Source: an uncultured Actinomycetes bacterium
GTDB taxonomy: Bacteria; Actinomycetota; Thermoleophilia; Gaiellales; Gaiellaceae
Reading direction: 5' to 3'
Assembly: GCA_963711315.1 (NCBI GenBank)
Contig: CAVQDQ010000004.1
Span: 7,825-71,824, forward strand
DNA: 64,000 nt
The notes under the pieces were generated by a model. It ran no database searches. It saw only the letters and a program-made list of their open reading frames with translations, and was not told the DNA's origin. Below are positions 47,421 through 56,990 of the stretch, in pieces (positions within the stretch are counted from its first letter, which is position 1; the number at the start of each line of letters is the position of its first letter). The position numbers and the translations under genes were made by a program.

Positions 47421-48815
47421 GCAGGCACCTCAGCCGGCAACTCGACCACGGGCAAGGCGAGTACGAACGACGCGCCCTGGCCCTCGCGCGACTCGAGCCA
47501 GAGGCGGCCGCCGTTCGCTTCGGTGAAGCCGCGGGCGATTGCCAGGCCAAGCCCCGCGCCGCGCTGGTCGGGCTGCCCGTCGACCCGGTAGAAAGGCTCG
47601 AAGATGTGCTCGTACTCCTCCTCGGGAATCCCCGGCCCGCGGTCGGTGACGCGAATCAGCAACTCCTTCCGGGTGGCGTTCACGCGCACGTGCACCCGCT
47701 CGTCCGGCGGCGAGAGCCTGATCGCGTTCTCGAGCACGTTCACGAGCGCCCGCTGGATCTGCGTCGCGTCGACCTGGACAGGAGGGCACGTCGGGACGCG
47801 CGTCCACGACGACCTGCTCCGGATCGGCGAGCTCGTCCATCGGCCTGCGCGAGCAGTTCGTCCGCCGTCCAGAGCTCGGGGCTCGCTACTGCCGCACCGG
47901 CCTGGAGCCGCGAGAGATCGAGGAGGTTCTCGACGAGCCGCTTCAGCCGCGTGTGCTCGACGCGGATCGTCTCCAGCAGGTCGACCCGGTCCTCGTCGGA
48001 GAGCGCCAGCTCGCCGCTCTGGAGCCCGTCCAGCGCCTGCTCGATCGTGGCCAGCGGCGTGCGGAGATCGTGTGACACGGTCTGGATGACGGCGGTCTTG
48101 ATCGTGTCGCTGCGGCTGAGTGCCTCGGCCTCGAACGCGTCGCTCGCCAGCCGCTCCCGCTCCTGGGTGACGGCCAGCAGCGAGGCGAGCGCCGGTAGGA
48201 ACCGCCGCTGTATGGCGAGGGCGGGCTCCTCGCTCTCGCTGCGTGTAGATCGTGCCGATCTCCCTGCCGTCGACGGCGAGCGGATGCGGTGCCTCGCCCG
48301 TACGCTCGCTCACCCGCCCGCCGAGCGCGATGCGCACCGAGGAAACGCCGAGCACCGTCGGCCGTTCTCTGCTCGATGCGTTCGAGCTCATCGTCCAGCC
48401 GCGTGCCGCGCAGGAGCTCGACAGCGATGTCTGCGAGCAGCGATGCCTCGAGCTCGCGTTGCTCAGCCTCGGCCCGCTGTCCTCGGGCCCGAGAGGCCAG
48501 GGTGCCGACGACGATCGCCGTCACCACGTAGACGAGCAGCGCGAACCAGTTGCTGCGGTCGGCGAGCGTGAACGAGTACACCGGCGGCAGGAGGAAGAAG
48601 TTGAACGCGAGCATGCTCGCGACCGCCACCAAGACCGCGTAGGCGATGCCCCAGAAGAGCGCAATCGGCAGGACAGCGAAGACGTAGAGCACGCCGAGGC
48701 TGAGCACCGGGATGAAGTCGTCGAGAACGGCAATCGCCGCAGTGACGACGGTGACCGCGAGCGCCCCGGCCGCGATGCCGGCCAGCGGGCTCTTCAGCGA
48801 CTCAGCGATCCAGCC
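47417..48815 (-). pseudogene. Membrane sensor histidine kinase equivalent to the C-terminal half of KdpD, at least 4 frameshifts. The start is not resolved.
   Basis: The TM bundle is SLKSPLAGIAAGALAVTVV...VLYVFAVLPIALFWG...NFFLLPPVYSFTLAD...LLVYVVTAIVVG. It is followed in changing frames by ...VLGVSSVRIALGG..., VSHDLRTPLATIEQ (H-box), ...ALVNVLENAIRL (N-box) and ...DRGPGIP...GAGLGLAIARG (G-boxes). The breaks are near 48385, 48245, 47850 and 47795. Confidence 0.8.
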
Positions 48816-48825
48816 GCATGAGGAG

Positions 48826-49614
48826 CTACCAGGCCGACCAGCCGCCGTCGACGACGAGGTTTGCCCCCGTGACGTACGACGAGGCGTCCGACGCGAGGAA
48901 GACGACGGCGCCAAGCGCCTCGCCTGCATCGGCCATTCGCCCGAGCGGCACCCGTGCGCCATAGGCCTCGAGGAACTCCTGGGGCTGCTCGTTGAAGATC
49001 CCGCCCAGCGTCAGCGTGTTCACGCGCACGCCGGACTGCGCCCAGTAGGTGGCGAGGTAGCGCGTGAGGTTCAGCAGCGCCGACTTCGATACCGAGTAGG
49101 CAACCGGCTTGAAGAACGTCTCGCCCTTGCTGCGCCGGAACTCGTAGAGATCCTGCGGTGGTGAGAGGAGGCCGTAGACGGACGAGACGTTGACGATCGA
49201 GCCACGTCCCGCCTCGGCCATCGCGGCGCCGATCGCCTGACAGCAGAGGACGACACCCTTGACGTTGACGTCCATGACCTCGTCGAAGGAGGCCTCCGGG
49301 TACGTCTCGAAGGGGCCGACCTCCTCGGGCGGCGCGTCCGGCGGCGAGTCGAGCGCGGCGTTGTTGACCAGCAGGTGCGGCGCGCCCCACTCGGCAGTGA
49401 CCTCGGCCGTCGCCGATTCGATCGACGCCCGGTCCTTGACGTCGACCCGGTAGCGGCGGACGCTGTCGTCACCACCCGGCTCGGCCGCGACGTCGAACAC
49501 GGCCACACGCATGCCGCGCGCGGCAAGGCCGTCGGTGTAGACCTGCCCCATCTGGCCGAGACCGCCGGTGACGACGGCCACGCGGCCGGCGAGATCGAAC
49601 AGCTCGTCGGTCAC
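48826..49614 (-). CDS. Short-chain dehydrogenase/reductase
   Basis: The GTG at 49614 gives VTDELFDLAGRVAVVTGGLGQMG...NNAA...SSVYG...YSVSKSA...VTGANLVVDGG. It forms a GTGA overlap with the upstream gene. Confidence 0.88.
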   Translation of the reverse strand: MTDELFDLAGRVAVVTGGLGQMGQVYTDGLAARGMRVAVFDVAAEPGGDDSVRRYRVDVKDRASIESATAEVTAEWGAPHLLVNNAALDSPPDAPPEEVGPFETYPEASFDEVMDVNVKGVVLCCQAIGAAMAEAGRGSIVNVSSVYGLLSPPQDLYEFRRSKGETFFKPVAYSVSKSALLNLTRYLATYWAQSGVRVNTLTLGGIFNEQPQEFLEAYGARVPLGRMADAGEALGAVVFLASDASSYVTGANLVVDGGWSAW

Positions 49615-50132
49615 GCGTGCGCCTTCCAGATCGCATCGCAGAACTCGCGCACGCAGCCGTCGCCTCCCGCGCGCGTCAGCACCCAATGCGCGTGCTCTCT
49701 CGCCTCCGGCCACGCATCGGCCGGCACGACGGGAAGCCCGACCGCCTCGAGGCATGTCGCGTCGTTGATGTCGTTGCCGACGTACGCGGTCTGCTCGAGC
49801 TCGATCCCGCGCGCCACGGCCTGCTCGCGGAGCAGGGACAGCTTCTCCTCGATCCCCTGGATGCACTCGATGCCGAGCTTGCGCGCCCGCACACCCACGA
49901 CCGGCGCCGTCTCCATCGACACGACCAGCGCCTCGACGCCAACCTCGCGCAGCCGGCGGAGGCCGAGCCCATCGGCGCGGCAGCAGCGGACGCTCTCGCG
50001 TCCGTCGTCGTCGACCCAGACGTGGTTGTCTGTGAAGACCCCGTCGAAATCGAAGACCGCGAGCCGCACCGACGCCAGGGTCTCGCGCGACGGCGCCGCC
50101 GGCTCAGCTTGCAGCACGCACCACCGGCTCAT
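49611..50132 (-). CDS. HAD-IIIA phosphatase of the KdsC/YrbI type (ulosonate-8/9-phosphate phosphatase-like)
   Basis: Contains LAVFDFDGVFTDN...ADGLGLRRL...YVGNDINDA...GGDGCVREFCD. The start is uncertain within 50100-50132. Confidence 0.82.
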   Translation of the reverse strand: MSRWCVLQAEPAAPSRETLASVRLAVFDFDGVFTDNHVWVDDDGRESVRCCRADGLGLRRLREVGVEALVVSMETAPVVGVRARKLGIECIQGIEEKLSLLREQAVARGIELEQTAYVGNDINDATCLEAVGLPVVPADAWPEAREHAHWVLTRAGGDGCVREFCDAIWKAHA

Positions 50133-51186
50133 CGAGGGGTACGAGCGCGTCGGTCGTCACAGGCTCGTCTGCACGCAGCCCACGGTCGAGCGAACGGCCG
50201 AGCAGCCGGTCGAGCTCGAACGGCGCGAGTCCACCGTCGGCCGGCGAGCGCGCGACGAGGTCGCCTTCGGCGATCACATGTCCGGGCTCGAGGTCGCGCG
50301 CGGCGACGAGCATCTTCCCCATCTTCCTGAGCGCCGGCTCCTCGGACGGCAGCTGGCGCTTGACGCCGTCACCGAGCGCTGCGGGCACGCGTCGCAGGTC
50401 GCGGACGAGCTTGCGCATCCCCTCCGGCATCAGCGAGAACGCATGGTCCGTGCCCTTGAGCGTGTGCGAGAGCGTGAAGTGCTTCTCCATGATCCGCGCG
50501 CCGAGCATGTACGCCACCAGCGACATCGCGATGCCGTCCTGATGATCCGAGAGGCCGACGACGAGCTCCGGGTAGCGGTCGCGAAAGGTCGTGATCACGC
50601 CCAGCTCGAGCTCGTCGACCGGGGCCGGATAGGCAGCCGTGCACTGGAGCAGGCAGAGCTGCGAGTTGATCGGCAGCACCGCCTCGACGGCGCGGTCGAC
50701 ATCGTCGATGGTCGCGCCGCCCGTGGAGACGATCATCGGCTTACCGAGCGATGCGACGTGCCTCAGCAGCGGTGTGTTACGGAGATCTCCCGAGGCGATC
50801 TTGTAGGCCGGCATATCGAGCTCGGCCAGGAGATCGGCGCTCGGCTCGTCGAAGGCAGTGGCGAAGAAGGCGAGGCCGAGCTCTCTGGCACACGCCTGCA
50901 GCTCCTTGTACTCGCCGACATCGAACTCGAGCGCTTCGCGGTGCTCGCCGTATGTGGGCCCGAACGAGTTCTCGTGGTCGTACGGCGCGTCGTACGCCGC
51001 CCTGGTGTAGAGCGAGCGGTTGTGGCGCTTCTGGAGCTTCACGGCGTTCACACCACACTGAGAGGCGGACAGGAAGAGCTTCTGCGCCTGTTCCACCGAG
51101 CCCTGGTGGTTGTGGCCGATCTCGGCGATGACGTAGCAGTCGCCGTCGTCCGAGATACGGGTGCCGTCGATGACGAGTTCGCGCAT
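50104..51186 (-). CDS. NeuB-family ulosonic acid synthase (sialic-acid-synthase fold with a C-terminal SAF domain)
   Basis: Reads MRELVIDGTRISDDGDCYVIAEIGHNHQGSVEQAQKL...AVKLQKR...YKIASGDL...PMIVSTG...LLQCTAAYPAP...GLSDH...EKHFTL.... A SAF-like tail follows. The upstream 81 aa of ORF 50104..51429 were not called. Confidence 0.88.
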   Translation of the reverse strand: MRELVIDGTRISDDGDCYVIAEIGHNHQGSVEQAQKLFLSASQCGVNAVKLQKRHNRSLYTRAAYDAPYDHENSFGPTYGEHREALEFDVGEYKELQACARELGLAFFATAFDEPSADLLAELDMPAYKIASGDLRNTPLLRHVASLGKPMIVSTGGATIDDVDRAVEAVLPINSQLCLLQCTAAYPAPVDELELGVITTFRDRYPELVVGLSDHQDGIAMSLVAYMLGARIMEKHFTLSHTLKGTDHAFSLMPEGMRKLVRDLRRVPAALGDGVKRQLPSEEPALRKMGKMLVAARDLEPGHVIAEGDLVARSPADGGLAPFELDRLLGRSLDRGLRADEPVTTDALVPLDEPVVRAAS

Positions 51187-51214
51187 GGCTTTCGCGGCCG
51201 GAACCGCGCCGCCG

Positions 51215-53299
51215 ATGGTACCCCGCGCGTCTGTCACGATCGGTGACAATCGCCCTCTGGGCACGGTGGCGTTCATCCTCGGTCTCGCGCTGATCGCCGC
51301 CACGGCGTGGCTGGTTGCCGCGTCGTTCTCGTTGCGTGACGCGATCGACTTCCTGCTCGCGTCGTTCCTCTGCGCGACGGGAGCCATCGCCGTCCTCGTG
51401 TTGTTGCTATCACCGTTCGAGGCCCTCACGCGCGGCTGGCTACTCGCCGGCTCGGGCGTGTTGGCGGCGGTGGCCGTCCTCGTCTGGGCGTGGCGTGGGA
51501 GGCCGGCCGCGCCGGCGTTCCGGCCCGGATTTCGCGCCGGCGGCGAGGCGCTGCGAGACCCCGTCGTGGCGATCCCGGCTGCGGCCGTCGCCGCCGGGCT
51601 CGTCTATTCCGTCGTGCTCGCGATCGCCACGCCTCCGAACGACTACGACACGCTCTGGTACCACCTCTCCCGCGCCGCCTTCTGGCGCCAGGCGCACGGC
51701 GTGGGCTACGTGGAGCGGGCGAACGACTTGCGGCTGGACGTCTTCACGCCCGGCTCCGAGCTCGTCTCCTCGTGGGCGATGACGCTTTCCGGGGACGAGC
51801 GCTTCGCCGGGCTCTTCCAGCTGGTCGCGCTGCTCGCAACCATGCTGGCGGTGGCGGGGATTGCACGCGCGCTCGGCCTTGACCGGCGCGCCGCAGCGCT
51901 CGGTGCCGTGCTCTTCGCGTCGCTGCCGGTCGTCGTGCTCCAGGCTTCGACCGCCCTCAACGACCTCGCGCTCGCGTCGTTTCTCGTCATCGTCGTCTAC
52001 CTCCTGCTCCGGGGCGAGCGGATGCACCTGGCGCTCGGCGCGCTGGCGCTGGCGCTGGCCGTAGCCACGAAGGCGACAGCGTTGGTGGCGTTGCCGGTAC
52101 TCGCACTCCTTGCCTTCGGCCTCACCCCGCGCCGGCGCTGGCCGGACGTGGCCATCTCGGGGGCGGCCGGAATCGCGCTCGGAGCCTTCTGGTACTACGT
52201 CAACCGCGCGGAGACCGGGAGCTTCATTCCCCGCTTCGCGCCGACGAACGAGGGCGGCGGCGTCTCGCACGACACCCACTTCGTCAAGTATCCGGCGCAG
52301 TTCAGCCGGCTCGTGATCGATGCCATCGACCCGGCCGGCTCCGTGGGGAGGGATCGCTGGCTCTACCTCGTCGCAGCTGTGGTCGTGCTCGCTGTCGGCT
52401 CGGTGCTCGCAGCCCGGCGCCGCTCGCGAAGCACGGCCGTCGCAGCCGTCGTCGCTGCCTGCGTCGTCGCCATCCCGGTTGCCTTCGTCACGCTTCACGC
52501 GCGGCTGCTGGACGGGTTTCAGCGCTTCTGGCTGAATGCCGGCGAGCCCGATCTTGCTTTCCTCGGCGCCAATCGCGAAGCGGTGCCGCCTTCGCCGTTC
52601 GTCTCCTGGTACGGCGCGCTGGGCGTGCTCATGGTGCTTGCCGCAGTCGTGCTCGCTGTCAGAGAGGTGAGACGTGGAGCGCTGCGCAAAGCCGGCCTGC
52701 TGTTCGCGCTTGCGCCCGTCTTCTATCTCGTCGTGATCACGATCGGGCTCGGCTACACACCGTTCCACGGCCGCTACCTGATGCCGGCCGTGGCGCTCGG
52801 AGCCGCGACGTGGGGACTGGTGCTCCCCGTCCGCCCGCTCGCGTGGGCGGCGGCGGCCATCGCCACGGTCACGGTCTGCCTCTCGTTCGTCCACTACGTG
52901 GAGAAGCCCGCGGGCTTCAGCGTGCTGGGCGGCGACGACGTGCGCTCGGTGTGGAACGAGTCGCGGATCGAGATCCTCGCGCACTCACGTGCGCCCGGCG
53001 GCGCAGGGCCGTTGCGAGTGCTCGAGGAGAAGGCCGCCGACGGCGACACCGTGGCGCTGATGATCCGCCAGGACGATGTCAGCTATCCGTTCTTTGGAGC
53101 GGACCTCGACCGACGCGTCGTGTTCGTGGAGGACACCGGCGGGCTCGACGAGAAGGCCGACTGGCTAGTCGTCGCTCCGGGCCTGACTGCCGACGTCTGC
53201 GACGAGGGCTGGCGCTCGCTGCCCGTCGACGAGCCCGACTGGCGGCTCTACGAGCGCGTGGGGCTTTGCCCCGGCGAGACCGCGGAGCGACATCGCGTA
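51215..53299 (+). pseudogene. GT-C fold membrane glycosyltransferase (GT39/ArnT/PMT-like). The 3' end is inferred because there is no in-frame stop until 54181.
   Basis: It has about 12 or more TM segments. The first-loop acidic motif is ATPPNDYDTLWYHL. The soluble tail is ...DWLVVAPGLTADVCDEGWRSLPVDEPDWRLYERVG. Beyond about 53290 the ORF is Arg-rich antisense to the GT4 gene. Removing 1 nt in the GGGG/CCCC runs at 53260-53273 gives a stop at 53297-53299. Confidence 0.7.
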
Positions 53300-54287
53300 G
53301 GCCTCGAGCGTCGCCGAGGTCGCCGCTGCCCAGGAGAATCGCTCGCCCGCACGCTCGCGGGCTGCGGCGCCGAGGCGCGCACGCAGCACAGGGTCGGCAA
53401 GCAGGCGGTCGATCGCCGATGCGCAGTGCTCCGGCGTCCCCGGGCGGCACCAGCAGGCCCGTCCGGTCGTCCTCCACGGCGTCCAGCAGCCCACCCACTG
53501 CCGACGCGACGACCGGACGGCCGTGCGCCATCGCCTCGCGGGCGACGACACCGTACCCCTCGCGCCGGGAGGGGCAAACGACGATCGCGGCGCGGTCGTA
53601 ATAGTGGCCGAGCTCCGCCGGCGGCACGAATCCGATCGCATCCGGGACAACGTCGCGCAGCGGCCCGTCGCCGACCACGACACGCGGGACGCCTGCCGTC
53701 GCCTGCGCCAGCTCCTCGATCCCCTTCTCCGGGGCCAGCCGGCCGACGTAGAGGACGTGCGGCGGCTCCGCGGGCGCGGCGAGCGCAGCGGGTAGCTCGA
53801 CGCCGCTGCCGATCACGCGGACGTCGGTCGCACCGAGCCGCGTCAGGGCCTCGGCAACAGCCTTCGACGGTGCGACCACGACGCGGGCGCGGCGCACGAC
53901 CGGGCGGAAGAGGATCGGCGCGCGCGTGGCCAGCTCGACGTCGGTGCCCCACGCCTGGAGCACGTAGGGAAGGCCCGTCGCGAGCGCCGCGAAGCCCGAC
54001 GGCAGCCAGTGAGCGTGAACGAGGTCGGCACCCTTCGCAGCGCGCCTCGCGGCCTGCGCGTACGAAGCGAGGAACGCCGGCAGCAACGCCACGCGCGTCG
54101 GATTGGCTCGCAGATTGGCCACGATGCCGTCGCCGTACGCGATGCCGAAGTCGTGGAAGCCCGCGGGTGAGACCACCTTGACGTCGACGTCCGCAGCGCG
54201 CAGGTGCTGAACGGCGTCGCGGACGAACGCGCCGGCCATGTCAGTCTCGTCGCGCGGGTACGACGTCGTCAGCACGGCTACGCGCAT
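53248..54287 (-). pseudogene. GT4-family glycosyltransferase. One homopolymer frameshift, and the 3' end is inferred.
   Basis: Reads MRVAVLTTSYPRDETDMAGAFV...LYVGRLAPEKG...CPSRREGYGVVAREAMAHGRPVVASAVGGLLD...GLLVPPG. The break falls in the GGGG run (plus strand 53437-53441). It continues as ...AIDRLLADPVLRARLGAAARERAGERFSW. The as-assembled stop is at 53165. Confidence 0.8.
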
Positions 54288-54310
54288 TGCGGGTGCCACA
54301 ATACGCCCGC

Positions 54311-55711
54311 ATGAGCCGCCGCCTTCCCGGTTGGACGCTCCCGGCGGCGGGCATCGGCCTACCGCTTCTCGCCGTCCTCGTCGCCATCCTCGTGCTCGAG
54401 CCGTACTACGGGGTAGTCGACGACGCGATCCTGCTCGGCTACGCGCACGTCCCCACTGCCGACTTCCCCGGCGAGTGGGCTCACCGGGTCTGGTCGGACA
54501 TCTCCTCGTGGGGGATGATTCGGCCGTTCTACTGGGCGCTCGCGTACGGCGAGTACAACGCCGGGGCGGAGAGCCCCACTGCGCTCTACCTCGTCAACTG
54601 GGCCGCCACGGGCGCCATTCTCGCCTTCGCCGGCTTCGCGATCGCGCGAGCGTTTCGCGTCGCTCGCGACCGGCTCGCGATCTTCCTCGCCGTGTACGGG
54701 GCGGCGGTCTTCATCTATCCCTGGACGCTCGATCTCTTCGCGTTCCCGAGCTACCAGGAGAAGTGGGTCGTGCTGGCAGCCGCGATCGGCCTGCTCTGGT
54801 TCGCGGAGCCCCGCGAGCGCGTGCCGGCCTGGCGGTGGTACGCGGTCAGCGCGCTCGTCATCGGGCTGGGCTCGCTGACGAAGGCGCAGTACGTCGTCTT
54901 CCTGCCGGCGTTCGTCCTGCTCGTGCTCGACCACCGCCGGGAAGCGCGCGCGGGCTGGTGGCGCGTCGGAGCCGTCACGGCCATGGGGGTCGCCGCCGCC
55001 CTCGCCTTGCGTGCCATCGCCTGGCACGGCGACTACACCGAGGGCTTCGGCCTCTCGAACGTGCCAGACCAGCTCGGATCGAAGTACCTCTGGCTCGTGG
55101 CGGCATTCGCGCTGGCGTGGACCGTGTACGCGGTCGTGCGGCGGGAGACGCTGCTCCGCGACCTCATCCCGACGGTCGTCTTCGGAGCCTTCGTGGTGGT
55201 CTTCGCCCAGTGGCCGGGCGGCTTCCTCTGGACGCTGCTCGGGTTCGTCGCCGCCGGCGCCTTCGCACTCGCTGTCTCGCGTCTCCGCTCGGCGACAGTG
55301 GCGACGGTCGCGCTCGTGGCAAGCCTGGTCTGGGCATGCACGTGGATCGTCGTGCGGACCGACGAGCTCTACTCCTCGCTGACGAGCATCGGCGAGTTCG
55401 CCCGCTCCGCCCCGGCGAGGACGCTCGCCGCCGACGGCACTCCGGTCTACATCTCCTGCGAGGAAGGGTCGGCCGCGATCGCCGGCTACGTCCGCCGCGA
55501 GCAGGGCCTGCCGCTCAGCGTGCGTCCTCGAGAGGCAGCGCCATGGACCTCCGCGAAGGGCCTGGAGCCGCCTCCGGGCTTCCGCTACGCGCTCGTGGAC
55601 GCGCGCCTATGTCCCGCGGCTATCGACGGGGCGAAGTGGCGCGCCGTGTGGACGCCGAGCCGCGCTGGGGGCTTTGTCCTCTACGAGTCCACGGCCGAAG
55701 ACAACGGGTAA
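54311..55711 (+). CDS. Polytopic membrane protein, GT-C-like (putative glycosyltransferase)
   Basis: 466 aa with about 10 TM segments. An early acidic motif is YYGVVDDAILLGY. The soluble C-terminal tail is about 120 aa. No specific family was recognised. Confidence 0.6.
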   Translation: MSRRLPGWTLPAAGIGLPLLAVLVAILVLEPYYGVVDDAILLGYAHVPTADFPGEWAHRVWSDISSWGMIRPFYWALAYGEYNAGAESPTALYLVNWAATGAILAFAGFAIARAFRVARDRLAIFLAVYGAAVFIYPWTLDLFAFPSYQEKWVVLAAAIGLLWFAEPRERVPAWRWYAVSALVIGLGSLTKAQYVVFLPAFVLLVLDHRREARAGWWRVGAVTAMGVAAALALRAIAWHGDYTEGFGLSNVPDQLGSKYLWLVAAFALAWTVYAVVRRETLLRDLIPTVVFGAFVVVFAQWPGGFLWTLLGFVAAGAFALAVSRLRSATVATVALVASLVWACTWIVVRTDELYSSLTSIGEFARSAPARTLAADGTPVYISCEEGSAAIAGYVRREQGLPLSVRPREAAPWTSAKGLEPPPGFRYALVDARLCPAAIDGAKWRAVWTPSRAGGFVLYESTAEDNG

Positions 55712-56990
55712 GGCGAGCGCGAGCACCGCGAACACGTAGATGTAGTAGAACGACATCGTGAGGTAGAAGAGGTTCGAGGCGAGCGTTCCTGCGAGCGCTG
55801 CACTCATGCCCCAGGCCAGCGGGGTCACCCGCGCGGCCGCGATGTCACCACGAGCGGCAAGCGCGCGTCCCACACGGCGGGCGGCGCCGAGGCGGGAGAA
55901 CAGGTACCAGATGAAGACGCCGAACAGCGCCGCGCCGACAAGCCCCGTCTCGACCAGCAGGGCGACGTAGAACGAGTGGGGGCCCCAGTTCGTCTTGCCG
56001 GTGACCTGCTCGTAGTAGACCGAGAAGTTGTTGAGCCCCAGCCCGAACAGCGGCTTCGTGGAGAGGATGTCCGGGATGAAGTCGTAAACGCCGAAGTGGG
56101 CCTGGGACGCGCCGCCGCCCGTCTTCACCCGTGACCGCAGGATGGTCTCGAAGTAGTCGAGCCGCGAGAACCACGACGACCGACAGCAGCCCTACAACTG
56201 CCGCCAGAGGCGTCAGAAAGGCCTTCGTCAAGAAGAAGCGGCGGTACGGGAGCGCGAGCACCGCGAGGCCGACGATCAGACCGAGCATCCCGCTCCGCGA
56301 CAGCGTCGTCAGCTCGACGATGAGCAGGAAGCCGAGCGTGACGGCAAGCGGCGTCTTCCAGCGGTGGCCTCGCTCCAGCCGTAGGTAGACGGGCGTCAGC
56401 GCCAGCAGCGGGACGATCAGCATCACGCCGAGGTGGTTCGGATCGCCCGTGATCGCGTTCGGCCGGTAGACGTTCGCGCCCTCGATCGCGCCGTAGATGT
56501 TGATGTTGCTCGCACCGCCGGTGATCGGCGACAGCAGCGCCTGGTCGAGGCTCGAGCCCGAGCGCGCGAGCAGCAGCTGCAGGATGCCGTACGCCGAGTT
56601 CACGACCATGCCGGCCGTGAAGAAGCCGAGCGTCTGCCAGTAGAACATGCGGCTGGCGCGGGCCAGGTATGCCACGCCGAGGATCAGGAACAGGAAGTGG
56701 ATGGCGAACTTCGTCATCCCCTTGCCGTACTGCGTAGCCGCGATCGCGGTGTCGAGGTTGAAGTAACCGACGAGGTACACGACGAGGAACGCAACGAGAA
56801 ACCCGGTCGCCACGACCGAAGTCCGCGGCACGCGTTTGTCGCCTTTGGCCAGGCGATCGGCCGCGAAGCTGACGATGAAGCCGATCGCGAAGACGTCGGC
56901 GAGCGCCACCTGTCCCGCCACGTCCCAGTGGATCTTCTCGAAGGTCACCGAGAAGACCGATGCCAGGAAGAAGAAGCGGGTGAGCTTCAT
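55607..56990 (-). pseudogene. O-antigen ligase / polymerase-like (Wzy_C) membrane protein, one apparent frameshift
   Basis: MKLTRFFFLASVFSVTFEKI...GDPNHLGVML...LTTLSRSGMLGLIVGL (Wzy_C-type loop) breaks near 56160-56175. It continues as ...NNFSVYYEQVTGKTNWGPHSFYVALLVETGLVG.... Its 3' end overlaps the convergent gene by about 100 nt. Confidence 0.78.

Noticed and set aside
51161-54181. The 1006-aa ORF taken at face value as one giant membrane protein
   Set aside because: Beyond about 53290 the translation becomes Arg/Pro/Ala-rich low-complexity sequence. It is exactly antisense to a well-conserved GT4 gene, so it is a high-GC read-through artefact.
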